Origin: Amphiscolops sp. MND2022
Taxonomy: Eukaryota
Assembly (NCBI GenBank): GCA_964187785.1
Contig: OZ076409.1
Span: 67,582,001 to 67,646,000, forward strand
Length of the DNA stretch: 64,000 nucleotides
Direction: 5' to 3'
Numbering within the stretch: position 1 is the first letter of the stretch; the number at the start of each line of letters is the position of its first letter. The translations under genes and the position numbers were made by a program. Positions 24,501 through 39,500 of this stretch are shown here, piece after piece. Under the pieces are notes generated by a model, which did not search any database, was not told where the DNA came from, and saw nothing but the letters and a program-made list of their open reading frames with translations.

Positions 24501-27500
24501 CAAAAGCTAGGGTAAAGAAAATTTATAAACCTCTATAAACGAGAATCAGATCACCTTGTCTGAGTTAACGCCAATTATATTATAGGTCTTGAGGAACTTT
24601 TCTATGGAAGTGAGACCTGGTCAAACAGTGGCTTTAGTGGGTCCCAGTGGATCTGGAAAGTCAACGATCATCAACTTGATGCAGAGGTTTTATGAAAAAA
24701 CATCTGGAAAAGTTGGTAAAAGTAGATAACCGTTTTTTCCAAGTTAAAGCTTATCTCAAGATCTCAAGATGGTCTTTTAAAACTATTTCAACTTGGAATT
24801 CGGAAGTCAGCCAGCACTTTCGCAATCAGAAAAAGTCTATCATGTCCTCATTGCCATTTTTAAATGCTAAATTGTGGACGGAACAATTCACTGCTTCCAT
24901 GCAATCTCTATAAATATTCATCCCACAAGAAGGTTTCATCAATGGTATTAGTTTAAGTTTTTAATGGAAAGAAGCTATTGAACGAAACCTTGTAGTGATA
25001 TATCAAACCAAGTACAAAATTAGGAGATAAAAGTGTTTCGTCCAAGTATTGCTTTTTGATGAAACACTATTTGATAATGATCATCTTCTAATGTTTAATA
25101 TTACGTTCCAGATAAAAATCGACGGTATTGAACTGGAGCAGTTAAACGTGAAGTGGCTACGTGAACAAATTGGGCTGGTATCGCAAGAACCTGTTCTGTT
25201 TGGTTGTACAATCAGAGAGAACATCGAATACGGACGAGCAGGAGTGACGGACGAAGAAATTGAAGATGCGATCGACAAAGCAAACGCCAGGGAATTCATC
25301 TCCAAACTACCAGAAGTATGAAAGGATGAACCGTATTTTTCTCTTAAAACTTGAAATAGCAAAAACTTTTATCACATGGTATACCAAAGTATCATTAGAA
25401 GTTTCATACTGAAAAATTTTAAAAATCCAAAAATGTTGAAATTTTCAACTCAGCTTATTTTGTTTACCAATAGCCTTCTTTTTCGTCTACGCGACGTATT
25501 GGTTTTAGGAAGAAAAAACATTTCAGGAAGCGAAACCCTCCCTGGAGAGCGCGTGCTTTCTTGTCACGTTTGTGACATCGCCAGAGAATGATAAATCCTA
25601 TTTACGAAAACGATGTTTAGGGCCTCGACACCTTGGTAGGCGAGAAGGGTTCTCAGTTGTCTGGTGGTCAGAAGCAGAGAATAGCGATTGCAAGAGCCCT
25701 CGTGAGAAATCCCAAAATACTCCTACTGGACGAAGCCACGTCTGCACTGGACAGCAAGAGTGAGGCTATTGTACAAGACGCACTGAATAAAGTAAGCTTT
25801 AGAACGACCTTCATTGTTCCAGTTGCCCATAATAATTGTCATATCATCCAAAAATGTTCAATATCGCACAAACTTTCATGTCATTAGACAAATGCAGTTT
25901 TCTGAATACTAAATAGTATGATACTTCGTACTTCCAGGCGAGAAAAGGTCGTTCAACAATTGTGGTTGCACACCGATTGTCAACCATCAGAGACGCAGAC
26001 AACATTATAGTGATTAAAGACGGAGACATTCAAGAGACCGGCAGTCATGATCATCTCATCAGGAATGGGGGTATCTACTATGACATGATTCTCGCGCAGA
26101 GTTTGGACGAAGCAACAGGTGAAGAAATTTTCCCTCTTCAGTCATCTTTATAAGAAGCAATAATAGTTTCAACGTCACTTTAAAATTTCTCATTCTCAAG
26201 TGTAAATTCTCAGCATTGGTACTATGCTATGTATGTCAAATATTAAAATTTCTTGAGCCGTTTCGTGGAAATTCCTTAGCTAAATAGGAAAACTGAAACA
26301 AATTTACATGAAAACTAAGAGAAAAATACTTTTTGTATACACTTAAAAATCTGTAGATCGTTCTTTTCTGTGCCCTTAGCTAAGTATTAAATGCTGCGGG
26401 CGCCATTTTGCCCGCGGTTAGCGTGATACTTCCAACTATTTGTAAAACAATATCAGTTACTAAATTTTAATATTTGCAACGTATGTGCAAATGAGTTCAA
26501 AAACAAAGCACGTTTCGTGTAAAAAGTTGGTCATGCTGATTCCCGAAACTTTCCAAAATAGGAAATCCCCGCTTTCGGGACAAATAGTTACACTTGCGAT
26601 CAATCACGGATAACTTGTCAGAAGTGGTGACTGTGATTATATTAGGAGTCTTGAGGTATAGATCGGCGCTTTGGTTCATGAATTCACGAAGGTTCATCAG
26701 GTGTTTGCATGAGTTGATTGGGGTCGGGACTTTGTCGGGTTGTTTTTGAATGGTTTGCTGCTCGAGGAAACAGGGGCAGTTTCATCAAAAGAATGTGTTT
26801 AGAATTAGGTATATGATTCAATCCCAGATAACAGAAAATATCAGTTTTTTTAGAATAACAGCTCTTTTTACTTCTCAAACGCAGAAACTTTCTTCATGAC
26901 ATCAGACAGTTACAAGTTGATATCTGTTTTTCAAACTATGTCCAATTTTGAAATGTTGATCCGTTTCCCGCAGTTCTGTTTAAAGAAGAACGTTGAATTC
27001 TTTCGCCAGTATAAATTCTAACGTTTTCCTCCGATGAAGATGCGAAAACAACGTATAGTGACCTAAAACCACTATAGTTCAGCTCAGCAACAGACGGGAG
27101 GAAATTTGATTTAATCAAAGAATGGCTTGTCTGTTTGATCACCAGAAGTTTCGTCGTCGGAAACTTCGAAGTCAGAAATTTCGTCGTCGGTCATTACGTT
27201 CTATAAAACGCTGTCGCAAAATAGTTTATCTATTGGGATTCGTCTTTTTTATTGAGTCTACTTATCCTAATAATTATATAGCTCAGACCAAAAAAGTGGC
27301 GGTATGTTTTTGAAACTTTATGCAGTAAAAATATATGAAAAATATAAAAAAAATATATAGAAAAGGCGGGATTTCAGTCTGTCTCGAGTCAAAGTGAGTT
27401 AGTTGTCCATAAATCTGTTTCCTGTAGAAAGGCATCCTTCCAAACGTCTTGAAATTGATTCCATCAAACGGACTTGAAGTTCTTGTGTAATTGCAAGTTG

Positions 27501-30500
27501 AGATTCTTAAAAATATGCGAGCAGTTCTTCGAAATTTCTCGGGTTATTTTTCTCCACGTAGTCCTTCAATATCTGCCGTAAATTTTCACTGGATTTAGAT
27601 CCGGTGAGTTCGGAGGCTATTGGCAAAATAGAATATTGCCCCGTCTTGCTTTAATATCCAACCATCGGGATTGAGACAACCTGCATACGTTAAGAACTCC
27701 TCAACTTTGGTGCAATACTTTTGGGCATCTATAGTGCCTGGTCCATTAATAATCGTTAGGTAAAACCCGCGGAAAGAAAGAGCGCCCCAAACCATGATTT
27801 TGGGTCAAATTTTTGGTGTTAGGTTCGCGGGTACCCTTCCATGGCGAGAGCTCTAAGCCCTGACAGTGTTTCGGTACAGTTGATCAAATGAATCGTCGGT
27901 TAGAAAAACACCCTTGAATCCGCATGATTTCCAGAATTTGGCGAAAGAAATTCTCATTTTGAGGTGCGCGGGTGACAATTGTGGTATTCTTGGACAAATT
28001 TTTCTTACCCTTAATTGAAGCACTATTCGGTAAGATGAACTTTTGCTCATCAGGCGGCCAGTTTTCTATCAGAACCGATCAGCAGTTTGTTGACTTGGAA
28101 AATTGGTATATTTAAGAACAACGCCGGCCAATCGTCGGCGGTCGGAACCGAATAATTTACGCGGTCTGGCATTTCCTTCCTTCCTGGATAACGCTCCACC
28201 ACGTTTCAACATTTCAAAACATCTCTCAAATGATCGTTCGGGTATGTCTCACAAAATTAATAACTTTTCTCGTTCTTTGGTTTCTTTCCGGTAGAAAGAT
28301 TCAAGTTGATCTCGCTTTTTTCTTGAAAACTAATTTTTGTAAATGGTTCGAGTTTATATTTGCTTCAATTGACAGGTAGCAACAGTTCAAAATTTCATCT
28401 TCGAGCAGGTCCTTGTCTCACCTTTCAAAATTGTCTATTGACCAAAACTGTAAAATCAAGGGTACCCGACAAAAGTGCCGCACACAAAAGCGCCCCAGTC
28501 GAAAGCGCCCGGTCAAAAGCGCCCCAATTGAATGCGTCTCAGGATTTAATTGCTTTGATTTCGTTTCACGAACTAATTATGTGTCTTGGTTCAATGCTTG
28601 GTATTGAAATGTCGATTACGTAATGAAATTGTTTGAATCAAATGACTCATTTTTTAAGTCACTTCAAAACTCTTTCTATTAAGACTGGATAGCTCAGTGG
28701 TCAAAACTTTAGTTGCTGACTATTAGTCATCGAGTTCGAAACTAACTACATTGAAAATTTTCATGAAAAAGTCTCATTCAATCTCGTTATTAAGGGGTCC
28801 CGGGTTGGGGTGGGAGAGAAGAAGTTTTTATTTAAAAACCACCTCTTTATGGTCACAAATTTTCAGAGCTGTAGCATGCACAGTTTCAGAGAAAACAGGA
28901 TATTTTGAAATTTTGGTGAGTTGTTTTTCCAACAAGACACAATAACAAAATGAAAGTATACGACGGTAGGGTCGGTCCTGACTCGACGGTAAGAAATCGG
29001 TGAGCTGCCAAACAAACACTCCTGGGTTTTTCTTCGTCTAACACTGCTCGTGTTTTAAGTTCTACTTTTCCAGGTTGTGGCTCATGGCAATGCTCACTCA
29101 TACTTTTGATCTCGTTGCCAACGTTAATTCGGCCCCGGCAGTTCTTATTCAGACACCTTCATGACTCCGTTCCGTTTTTGAGGTCCCCTGCTTTTCTGTG
29201 TAAATACCCACAGTGGTACATAATGTATTGGTTTTTTTTTGCTTTTAAGAGCGGTGATTTCCTTTTGGCTGGTAGTTGCAATGAATTTCTTAACAGATGA
29301 ATCAGCTTGCCTAAGTAAAGCGTCTTCTGAATTAACAGGTCGACTGCTCTTTAAAACGTGTGAAATTGTCACCCTCGGTATTATCCGGCTACGCGTACGG
29401 CCAATTAATTATGTGCAGTTAATAGAACTTAGGTGTGAAATCATTACAATTATTTGCAAGACGCATCTGGTTGGGGCGCTTTTCACACGCTAAACACATT
29501 TTCTACAGTTTTTGAACATTTTTTGAAAGTTGGTAGGTAAAGAAGTTCAGGACTAAAAATATCATGGTGCTCAATGAGAGTCGTTATGAGTAGTTGATTG
29601 AATGCAATTAATGTTTTGACTAAATTTTGATGTCCAATTCAAACTTGTTCTTAAAGTCTTATTTATATAATGAAATAATTGACTGAATAAAATGGCATGT
29701 TTTCGTGATTGCTATTAATCCTAATCAATACGGCGAAATTTCAGACGGAAATTTTTCTGACGACGAAGTTTCTGGATTTGCTAATACGATGAAATGTCGC
29801 ATGATGAAAATTCCGACGACAAAATTTCTGACGACGTAATTTCTGCATTCCGTCTGTTTTGTGTCTCTTTATATTCTACAAATACGATTTTACAAAGGTT
29901 GGTCAAAATATTAGGAAAAATTTGCTCAAACAGTACCATGAGAAAGAAACGAGGGAACAGATCTTTTGATGTATAAAAAACTGTAACCAGGCAGTTATAA
30001 AGTCAAAAATTCTTTTTTTTAAGATTCACAGAAATGAAAATTGTAGGTTTCATGGTGAGGCAGTGATCTCCTTGGCCTGATGAGCCGATTAGCTATGTGA
30101 TAGTCTCAATTGTATGAAAAATCATTCGCACAGGTCCTCAAACAACATGATCAAACTGTTTGGTCAAATGTCCAGAGGAAGCAATTTTCCGGTTTAGCTG
30201 AAAATCAGGAAGTTCAAAATATCCCTAATTTTGACATTGAAGGTGATAAAAATTGAAAAAAGGGACAAAGGTTGTAATTGTTTTATTATGGTGTCACACA
30301 GTAACCGACTTTTCCCTACATGTCAATCAGAACTGTCAGAAATGTACCAACTGATCAACTCTTAGATGCTTCTACTTATTTGCTAATAACCTTGCACCTG
30401 TAGAATATATTGGTATAGATTCATTTGATTAGAATTGTCTTAAGAGATTAGCTGATGAAAATATCATTGTACAAACGTGCACACTATGTTTTTATAATCA

Positions 30501-33500
30501 AGTTGAAATGAAACAGTAATTTCCCACAGAACTCAGTTTGATCACTACTAAAAGTTGATGCTTTTATGCTTCAAATAACTCAAATCTCAAAATTTGTTTT
30601 CAAGAAGAGGCTGGAGAAGATGAATCCGAAGACGAAGATAAGACTGCTGCTGACCAAGAGAAAGGTGATGTCACTGAACAAGAAAAGGAGGGCAAGAAAC
30701 ATAAGGGCGACAAGAATAAAAACGTGAGACTTGATTGATATTTTTCTTTTTCACAAAAACAAAGTCAGTGCATTTCAAATTACTGAGTGATCAAACATTG
30801 ATTTCGAAAAAAACCACTATCATGGAATTCATACCTGACAATTTTCAAATCAATTCTAGAACTTTGGAACCTTATTTTATTTTTGATTTCTGGAAAGAAC
30901 CCACAGTTTGTCGCTTTCTTTTTCAGAAGGAAGCACCCTTTCCGGGAATGATGGAAATAATGGCAATGAACTCACCCGAAATTGGGTACTTGCTTGTGGC
31001 TTTTATCCTGGGGTTCATCGGCTTCGCGTGCATTCCAATCTTGTCACTTCTCATCGCTGAGTTACTTGAAGTTAGTTCTTTCATGTAGGCTATCTTTCGT
31101 GTTCATGGAATTCTTCTCAAGATCATGGTGAGTTATGCTGCTCTTGGAATGATCTTGCATTGTCATGATATCCTCGGTTACATCTTATACGATCAATGTC
31201 AGGGTAAGATCATAGTCTTGACCAAAGATAAACAACCAGCCAATCAAAATACTACTTATGGCAGAAACTGCTCAGTTTTCATCGAATGTTGAAACATATG
31301 TGGTAACTATGCTTTGATATTACAAAATCTCGCTCTGGAGTAACAAGGAATAAAATTAGTTTGACGCAGATTTTGACTCTTTTCGCGGTCCAATTTGACT
31401 TCGGTGTTCCTCTCTAGTCAAGGTCCATTTTAGTGTTATCTCCCTTTTTAGTCAGTTTCCTGACTTGCCATCCAGGCTTACTTGAATCTGCCGAATAATT
31501 TTCTCTTCAGATGCAGTGTCGACTGCCCTCATAATCTGCGTATATGAAGCTTTCCAATTTTCTTTTACCATTTTTAGACAGTCACAGTTCATCATCGATC
31601 TAATTTCCAATGTTTGAATCTCAACTTTCTTGGCGCCCATTGAAAAATAGAACATTCATATCTTCTAAACCTGACAACGCGTCACATTGGCTTGACCCTT
31701 TTCTAGTTTTTTTGCTTTCTAGTTAAAAGCATTACGGAAGCAAAAACATCTTTCCTAATGAAATTGCTTTCAAAGCCAACAAAATAAATGTAAAATCACA
31801 AGTTATTGTACCAAATTTGAAAATACTAGGAAGAACAATATAGGGAATCCTTGATACATAGGTTGAATTTGGAATGGTTGTCAAAAGCGTGGTCGTCATA
31901 AGTCTCATCCCGCAGACTCAGCGTCTGGGTATATATACTCTACAGGGCGTGACACTCAAAAATAGGCATGTCATAGCACTAAAATATGGCATCAACACGG
32001 AGTCAATATTACGTAATAAATCCGTCACATCTTTTTATTACAGCGTCACGTCGAAGAAGAACATTACGTCATGCATGATAACAGTGGCCTAAAATGAATT
32101 TACATACAATAGTGTAAGAAATAAACTGAACCTTTATTTGAAAAAAAAGAATTGGACCAAAACAAAACTAGCTCTGATTTCTGCTATCATTCAAGTTATT
32201 TGAAAATCAAATACCCAGGTTTTCAATCTTTGCGATTCTGTAAAGATTTGCAGGATTTTTTCTGCAGGGTTCTGCAAAGATCGTTGCACTGAATCTTGAA
32301 GATCCATACAGATCTGCAAGATCTTTACAGAAGTGTGCAGATCTGCAAGATCTTTACAGAAGTGTGCAGATTTTTTTAAAAGATTTCTGCAGAAATATGT
32401 TTTTCTGCAGCTTCCAAGGAACCAATATACTGATTTTTGGACTTCTTCAACTACTTCATCGAGTATTTTAGCTGTCAGTTTAGCTGAGTATTTAGCTGAC
32501 CTAAGGTCAGTCAGTTGAAACTCTCCATCACTCAAAAGTCTTGAGAAGGAAAATTTGTCCCCATCACGAAAAATTTTGTGACGTGAGAAAATGCAGTTTT
32601 GGTAAAACTCGGTAATTCATCCATTTCACTCGAACTTTCCAGAAGTGATTGTTGAACTTTAAGAGGCTCGTTTGCCATATTGACTTCGTTTTGGCCGATA
32701 AAATTTGACATGTGGCAACCATCTGGGTTGGTCGATGTGTTGATGAAAAATTGTTTTTGTAATATTTCCGCAACATAGTTTGTTGGAGTATTTTTAGTAA
32801 TTGCTGTTATCTCGGATTACGTTATAGTAATTGTTTGGCTCTGTAAAGATCTGTAAAGATCTGCAAAATTCTACAGATCTGTACAGATTGCTGCAGAAAA
32901 ATGTTTCATCATTTTGCCATAAATGAGACTTCTCTCCAGTTTTAAACACTTTTAATATTCGTTTGACATATCTGTCGGGTTTTTATTGTATTTCTGAGTA
33001 CGTCAGTTTTTTTCGAATCTGCACATATCTGCAAAGATCTGCAAAAATTCTGCAGATCTGCACATATCTGCAAAGATCTGCAAAAATCCTGTAGATCTGC
33101 ACAGATTCGCAAAGATCGAAAAGCTGGGTTAGCAAACATTCTAAACACTTGTTGAACACTTGAAATTTAGGTTTGCAATGAATGAGAAACTTCCTAATTT
33201 CATTTTTCATTTAATACTGAATTGGCATATGGGACATCATTTTGGACAATTTTGTAACATTTGGCACCTAATGTGGAAGTTTTGTTTATTTGGCAGGTAC
33301 TTCTTCATTTACTGAAGCCATTCAACTATTTGATATCAAGATAATTGGTATAATGTAGTTTTTGAAAGGGTTTTTTTATTATTTTATTTTATTTATTATC
33401 TTAATACGTGAGACACGGCTATTTTTCGCAAAGATTGGGGATTATGTTTTCGGTGGTATATTTTTCACTGATAAAATCAATATCAGGAGAATCTGCTAAT

Positions 33501-36500
33501 AAGGGCGATTATACCCATTATCTTAAACATTCGATTTGTCTTTCCAGTCCCTTAATTTCGTGAGTAAAATAAAGATCGAAAGAATTCACCATGTAAAATG
33601 CTAGCTCTGTTTACATGCAGTCCAAATTATTTCTTACAAATAAAGGTTCAGTTTATTTCTTACACTATTGTATCTCACTGGCAACAACAAACGTCCTGTT
33701 GTACCTGCTCTGATAATGTGCTAAGTGTGAGAGGGATTGAAACTAGCGGACTTGCAGTCCATTGCACGTCACTAACGAATATTCGATACGTCTATTCAAT
33801 TAATTAATTAATTAAGTAAATGCATATTGTACTGAAGGTGCTTGTACAACAAACACATGAAATAAAATCACTGAAAAACTATAAAAAAAAACAAAAATGA
33901 GTATCATCTGAGGCAATGAATTGGTGTAGTCGACATGACTTTAAGTCCACGCAACGAGGTAGCATTAATGTCTAATATTTGTTCCATATCAAATTAATAA
34001 TTCAAATAAACCATCTACATCATAAAAGTTCAACATATGTTTGTTGAAGCCAGGTGGATCAAAGGTGAATCATTAGGGAAAAGGCAAGCACTCTGCTGTT
34101 TCCGTCATCCTGGGCGAATCGTACAGAATACAATCTCCCAGTCTGGTCAGGGATGTTTCAACTGTTTTTGCTAAACTTTCAGGTGTTTCTTTTGCCTCCA
34201 GACGAGATTATGGGGGAAGCTACGAAGTGGGGTTTGATGATGGGTGGATTTTCGATTCTGTTAACCCTCATCTTGTTAGCATCAGCCTGGGGGTTGTCTG
34301 AGTCATCGTCCAGAATGACCTTGAGGCTAAGAGCAGCCTCATTCAGGGCTTTTATTAGACAGGTAAGGGTTGATACAAAACTCCAGTTATCTTTTATACT
34401 GAAATATTACTGACATTTGATTTTTGTTTAAACTTAAATCTTTCATTCCCTTTTTTTTCTGAAAAACCAATGCAGCCAGCATCAACTATAAGTATGAATG
34501 CAAAACTCCAAAATCATGCGATAATGTAATGTTTCGTAGCAAAAAGGAACAACCACAAGAAAAAAAAATCAAGAATATCGTTTTTACCTTGAAGAAAAAC
34601 AGAGAAAAGAAACAATGAAAAAAGTGATTGTAAGAATTTTGCACAACAATTTCTCATCTTTCATACGATTCATGATTAAACTAAAGATGAAAGTAAACTG
34701 GACAGTAGTGCCATTAAAAGAGTAAAGGAGCAGACGGTAAAAAGAATGTTTAAATATACATACAGTAGGATACCAAAAGTTTACACGTATACAAGAACTT
34801 CTTTTCGATCAAAGTAACAAACATCTGATAAATGAACTGATGGTGCAGTGTAGACTGAAGCAAAAATACGGTAATTGTTTGTTTTTTTTTTCGCCACTCA
34901 ACTTGCTCTTCATGAAACAAAATATAGATGAGTCCCGCAAAATTGAGACTTTGTTTTCTTGGGGTCAGCTTGAGGGTTGTTTTATTCTGCATCAAATCAA
35001 CTAAATTGGTGTATAAAATCATCGGAATATTGAAAAGAAGTGTATATGTTTAATGTCTAAATGTAGATTTAGCAGTTTTGAACAGACTTAAATACGAACT
35101 GAAAACATAATACTGATGATGGTGTAAATGCTAACTCGAAAAAAGTCATTTAGGATCAAAAGATTTCACCTGGGTATTTCTCGACTTGGACAGTATTTAG
35201 AGGCGACAAAAATTACCCGGTTAGCCAGTTCTTAAACGGTTAGCTGATGAAATTGTTTGGAGATGAATGTGAATTGAAAATTCGGTAGATTTAAAGATCA
35301 TTGTTATGCAAAAACAAAACAGCCTCTGCAGTCTCTGGTGCCAATTGCATTCGCTTTACAGTGAAAATGTTTCCGAACCTGCTAAATGCACGTTCTGAAC
35401 TGGCGGAAGAAGCAAGTCATCAACCAGCGCGTCATTGCCCCCAGTTCTAGCAAATGATTTTGTGCATAAACATCATTTGATTGTTTTCTCGTCAACTTTC
35501 GTCCAATGTTTCCAGATCCAGATTTTTTAACCCATTGGAAAACAACAAAAATTTTAAATACCTGTGGCAAAAAGAAAACGCAAGTGTTAAAGTGGCGACG
35601 CCGACAGAACACAAGATTCAGCTCAATTATATTGCATATTTCCAATGTACACATCACTGCATATTGTAACCGAAAGAATTAGAATTAACCAATCAGATTG
35701 AAGCAACTTACGTCACGCTTTCTCGCACAATATGTAGGTAGGTAGCCGTGACTTTAGCCGCTAGATATTATAACCGAATAGTAATATAGAAGAAATTGCA
35801 TGCGTTGACTTTCATTTACTCTAGTCGGTTGCAAAGTTACATAATAGTTTCATCATTTAAAGATCACTGTCGACCAATCACAATTGAGAATTCAATTCGT
35901 TTCTGCTATAAATTGTTTCTGCATTTGTATCGAGCGGCTATAATCCCCTTCACCATGTTGGTATAAGCATCGGTTATTCGGTTAAAGAAATCTTACCCGG
36001 TTAAATTGTCTCGACCGGTTAAGCGCTGCCACCTCTAGCCGTATAGTAATAGTCGGCCCTTTGTGAAGCAAAAGGCGACTAAATTGGGTGACTTTTTTCA
36101 ATCCACACCAAAGTATTTCTACCAAGTTCTAAAAGTATTCAAAGGGGCCAAATTGTACCATTTGGCTCAGGGAACTGAACTATTATACAAGCAAAACTGG
36201 AAGAGACTAAAATGTCCCACCTTTCAATTTGTTTAGGCACTGTGAGATTTGTTTCGAAACGTGTCTCCAAAGGACCCCCCTTCAATTTTTTGATGTTTTG
36301 CAACAGTTTGGATGTTGAAAAAGCCCAAAATGCCCCCATTTTACACTTTTCGGCACTATGAGACTGTTCAAAATTCTTATTTTTCGTTTTTTCCCCGAAA
36401 ATTTTCAAGTATCTCTGAAGGTTCATCCTTCAATTTTTGATACTTTGCAGCAGAATGGATGTTAGAAATTCCCAAAGGAGCGTCAGTTCGGTGCCATTTG

Positions 36501-39500
36501 AGTTTTTCGTGTGCTGTGTAAGAAAATACTTGACACTTTGTCCTTGTTGGATTTTTGAGCGGACGCCGACCTATACCGTTCCCGGCTCGTTTTTGATTAT
36601 TTTAGGAGCCACTTTGATGTATTCAAAGCTTCCAAGTTAAGTCCTCATTGATTTGGTTATAACTCTTGAAATTAGCCTAACATTGGTTCAGCCTAATCAA
36701 CTCTAGCGCCAAGAATATTGATGATTTTCGTAGGACATGTCTTTCTTCGACGACAAAGAGAACTACGTGGGCGCCCTTCTTGCGCGACTGGCAACAGAAA
36801 CATCTCTGGTAAAGGGTGCAACAGGTATTAGACTGAACGCTACCTTCCAGGCCATATCGGGACTGGGAGTCGCCCTGGTTATCGGCTTCTACTACAGCTG
36901 GCAAATCACACTGCTGTTGTTACTGGCCATTCCTATAATGATGGCTTTGGGGGGAGTCAGCATGAAGTTCCAAGCTGGTTTTCAGATGAACGCAGAGGCT
37001 GAAACACGAAGCGGTGGAAAGGTTCAGTGCTTAATTTGTGTTTAAAGCTGTCTATACTAATTGGTATTATTTTGAAGCTGTTAACAGCTTCAGAATAATA
37101 TCAATTAGTATAGACAGCTTTCAATTGCTTTTTGAAAACTTTTTTTGTTCAAAACAGAGTAGATAGAATTTCTTCATATCGTTTTCTGACAAAGCATAAA
37201 CGTTTTGTTCCCGGTACGAGATGTTCCCGACGTTTTTTCTAACAATTAAAAAGTTAGTTATTCCTTCTGTTGATATACAATGTTATATAAACAAAATCAC
37301 ATTTTAAAGTAATTGCATAGTGTTGTTTATCAAAATATTTGAAGGAAATCATTCTGCATCCTAACTATAATGAATGATCAACGTTCCAGGTCTTTGACTT
37401 GAAGTGTACAAAGATGGTTGCTCATATTCGTTTTTCAAATGGCCTGTTTAACATCCTAAAAGAATTACCATGCGAACATCTTGCAAACTATCCATCACTG
37501 ATTATCGATATTATCCATTACATCGATTGATTTTTGGAGCACTGGGATTGAAAAATAATGCTCATTGGTTTTAATTCATTTGATCACACCCTTCCTTCCC
37601 TATGAGACAGAACAACCAGCGTAATAGAGTTCCATTTTGCTTTCAGGTCACAAATGACGCAATATCCAGTATTCGAACTGTTCAAAGCTTCGGGTTGGAG
37701 AGGAAGTTCTTCAATCAGTTCTACAGCTTTGTAGCGGTTACCCACAAGTAATAAAACAACTGATTTTCCCTTTGATCAATAAATATTGCAGAGAAGATGT
37801 TTCACAGATTTAACCAAACTATCGTTATCAAACTAAAAAGAATTTGAAAAAAAAATGTTGATCAATATTTTGCTACATTTTTTGTTACACTTTTATCTCG
37901 AGCGGTTACTAGTCACTATGCCGAGTAGGATAATATATGTTTGGATAGTAGTGTTGTTAAAAATCTTGATTTTATTTTAAAAGTCAAAAATATCAAATTA
38001 TCAAAAGAATCCGATAAATATAGGGTTGGGCAGAAACAATTTAATTACGTGTAAGTCAGTGACAAAATAACAAATTCGTCATTTATTCAGACCTTTGAAA
38101 CAAAGTTTTCCCGCTTTGTGAACACACTCTTCGATGCTCAGTTGAAAGATTACGTAAGGAAATGATTGAAAATTCAAAAATACCATTCGTCTTTAATCTC
38201 GTTCGGCTATAATCCATACCACCGTGAGCGAAGTTGAATAAACTACTGAATTTATAAAAAAGCTGATAGTCTTCCGATTTATCAATCGGTTATATGACCG
38301 ATCGCCTAATTGAGCTAGACCCGATCAGGCCTGCAAGCGTCGTATTTGATTTTAATCAGTGATGAAGAAAACTGAGCTTGATAATTGTCTTGATTTTTAT
38401 CATTGATATTTATCAATTGATTTTTATCTAACAACTCTATTGGATAGTCATCTCAATTAGGACAACGCCACTTGATTTCAGGGACAACTTGAAATCAGCT
38501 CATTTGTACGGTGTAGCGCAAGGATTCCATCTTTCTATAATATACTTCCTCTACGCGGCCCTCTTCAGATTCAGCGCATGGCTCGTCACCAATGACTACA
38601 TGCAGACTTCCAGTGACTCTTTCAGGTACTTTTCATATTGATCTGTTTTATAAAATCAATTCGCGAAATGCAGACTTTATTTTGAATTAAAATGCTATTG
38701 TATCTTTTCAAAAAAATCTGAAGCCCGAATCTCATTGACGTAAAAAAGTGGAAAAATTCAGATTACAGGAAAGAATAGTTCTCCAATGATTCTTCATCTC
38801 TTTCAGTTTTTTGCTTTGCTTGTTCTTTGTATTAGATATTATATGATTGGGTACTAGATATTCAGTTTAATTTAATTCATTTTCAAAACCTGTTCTTCTA
38901 GGGTCATTTTCGCAATAGTAATGGCCGCTACTGGAATTGGCCATGCCACTGCTACAATGCCTGACATGGTGAAAGCACAAAAAGCTGCGCAGTCAATCAT
39001 GAATCTCCTCAAGTTGGATCCCAAAATTGACAACCTCAGTGAAGAAGGTGACACAACATGGACTCCAGAGAGTGATAAGAACACTCATATCGAGTTCAGA
39101 AACGTCCATTTCCGCTACCCAGCAAGACCCAAGTACGAGGTTCTGCACGGTTTGAACTTGAAAGTACCCAGAGGCAAATCTGTTGCTTTTGTGGGTCCTT
39201 CAGGTGCTGGAAAGTCGACGGTGATGCAACTGGTACAGAGGTTCTATGATCCTGAACAGGGTCAAATTGTTAGTTGCAGAGTTTTTCATTCAGTTTTTAG
39301 TCGGTGCATTTCGTTAGAAATGTGCCCGACAATTACAATGACTAGCTTTGTATCGTCCGTTCACAGAATTAATGAGTAGTATCCATTTTTGAACGAAGTT
39401 TGTTCACGATTAGAGCTTGCTTTGAACAGAGTTTCTATTGCCACGGACATCATCCAGTCTGTCAGTCGGCTTGAAGTCTGAATGATGTCCTTTCTTAGAC

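Noticed and set aside
28686..28750. Possible tRNA gene (TAGCTCAGTGG .. GAGTTCGAAAC)
   Set aside because: A- and B-box-like motifs are present, but I cannot form an acceptor stem or cloverleaf; at most a decayed SINE head.
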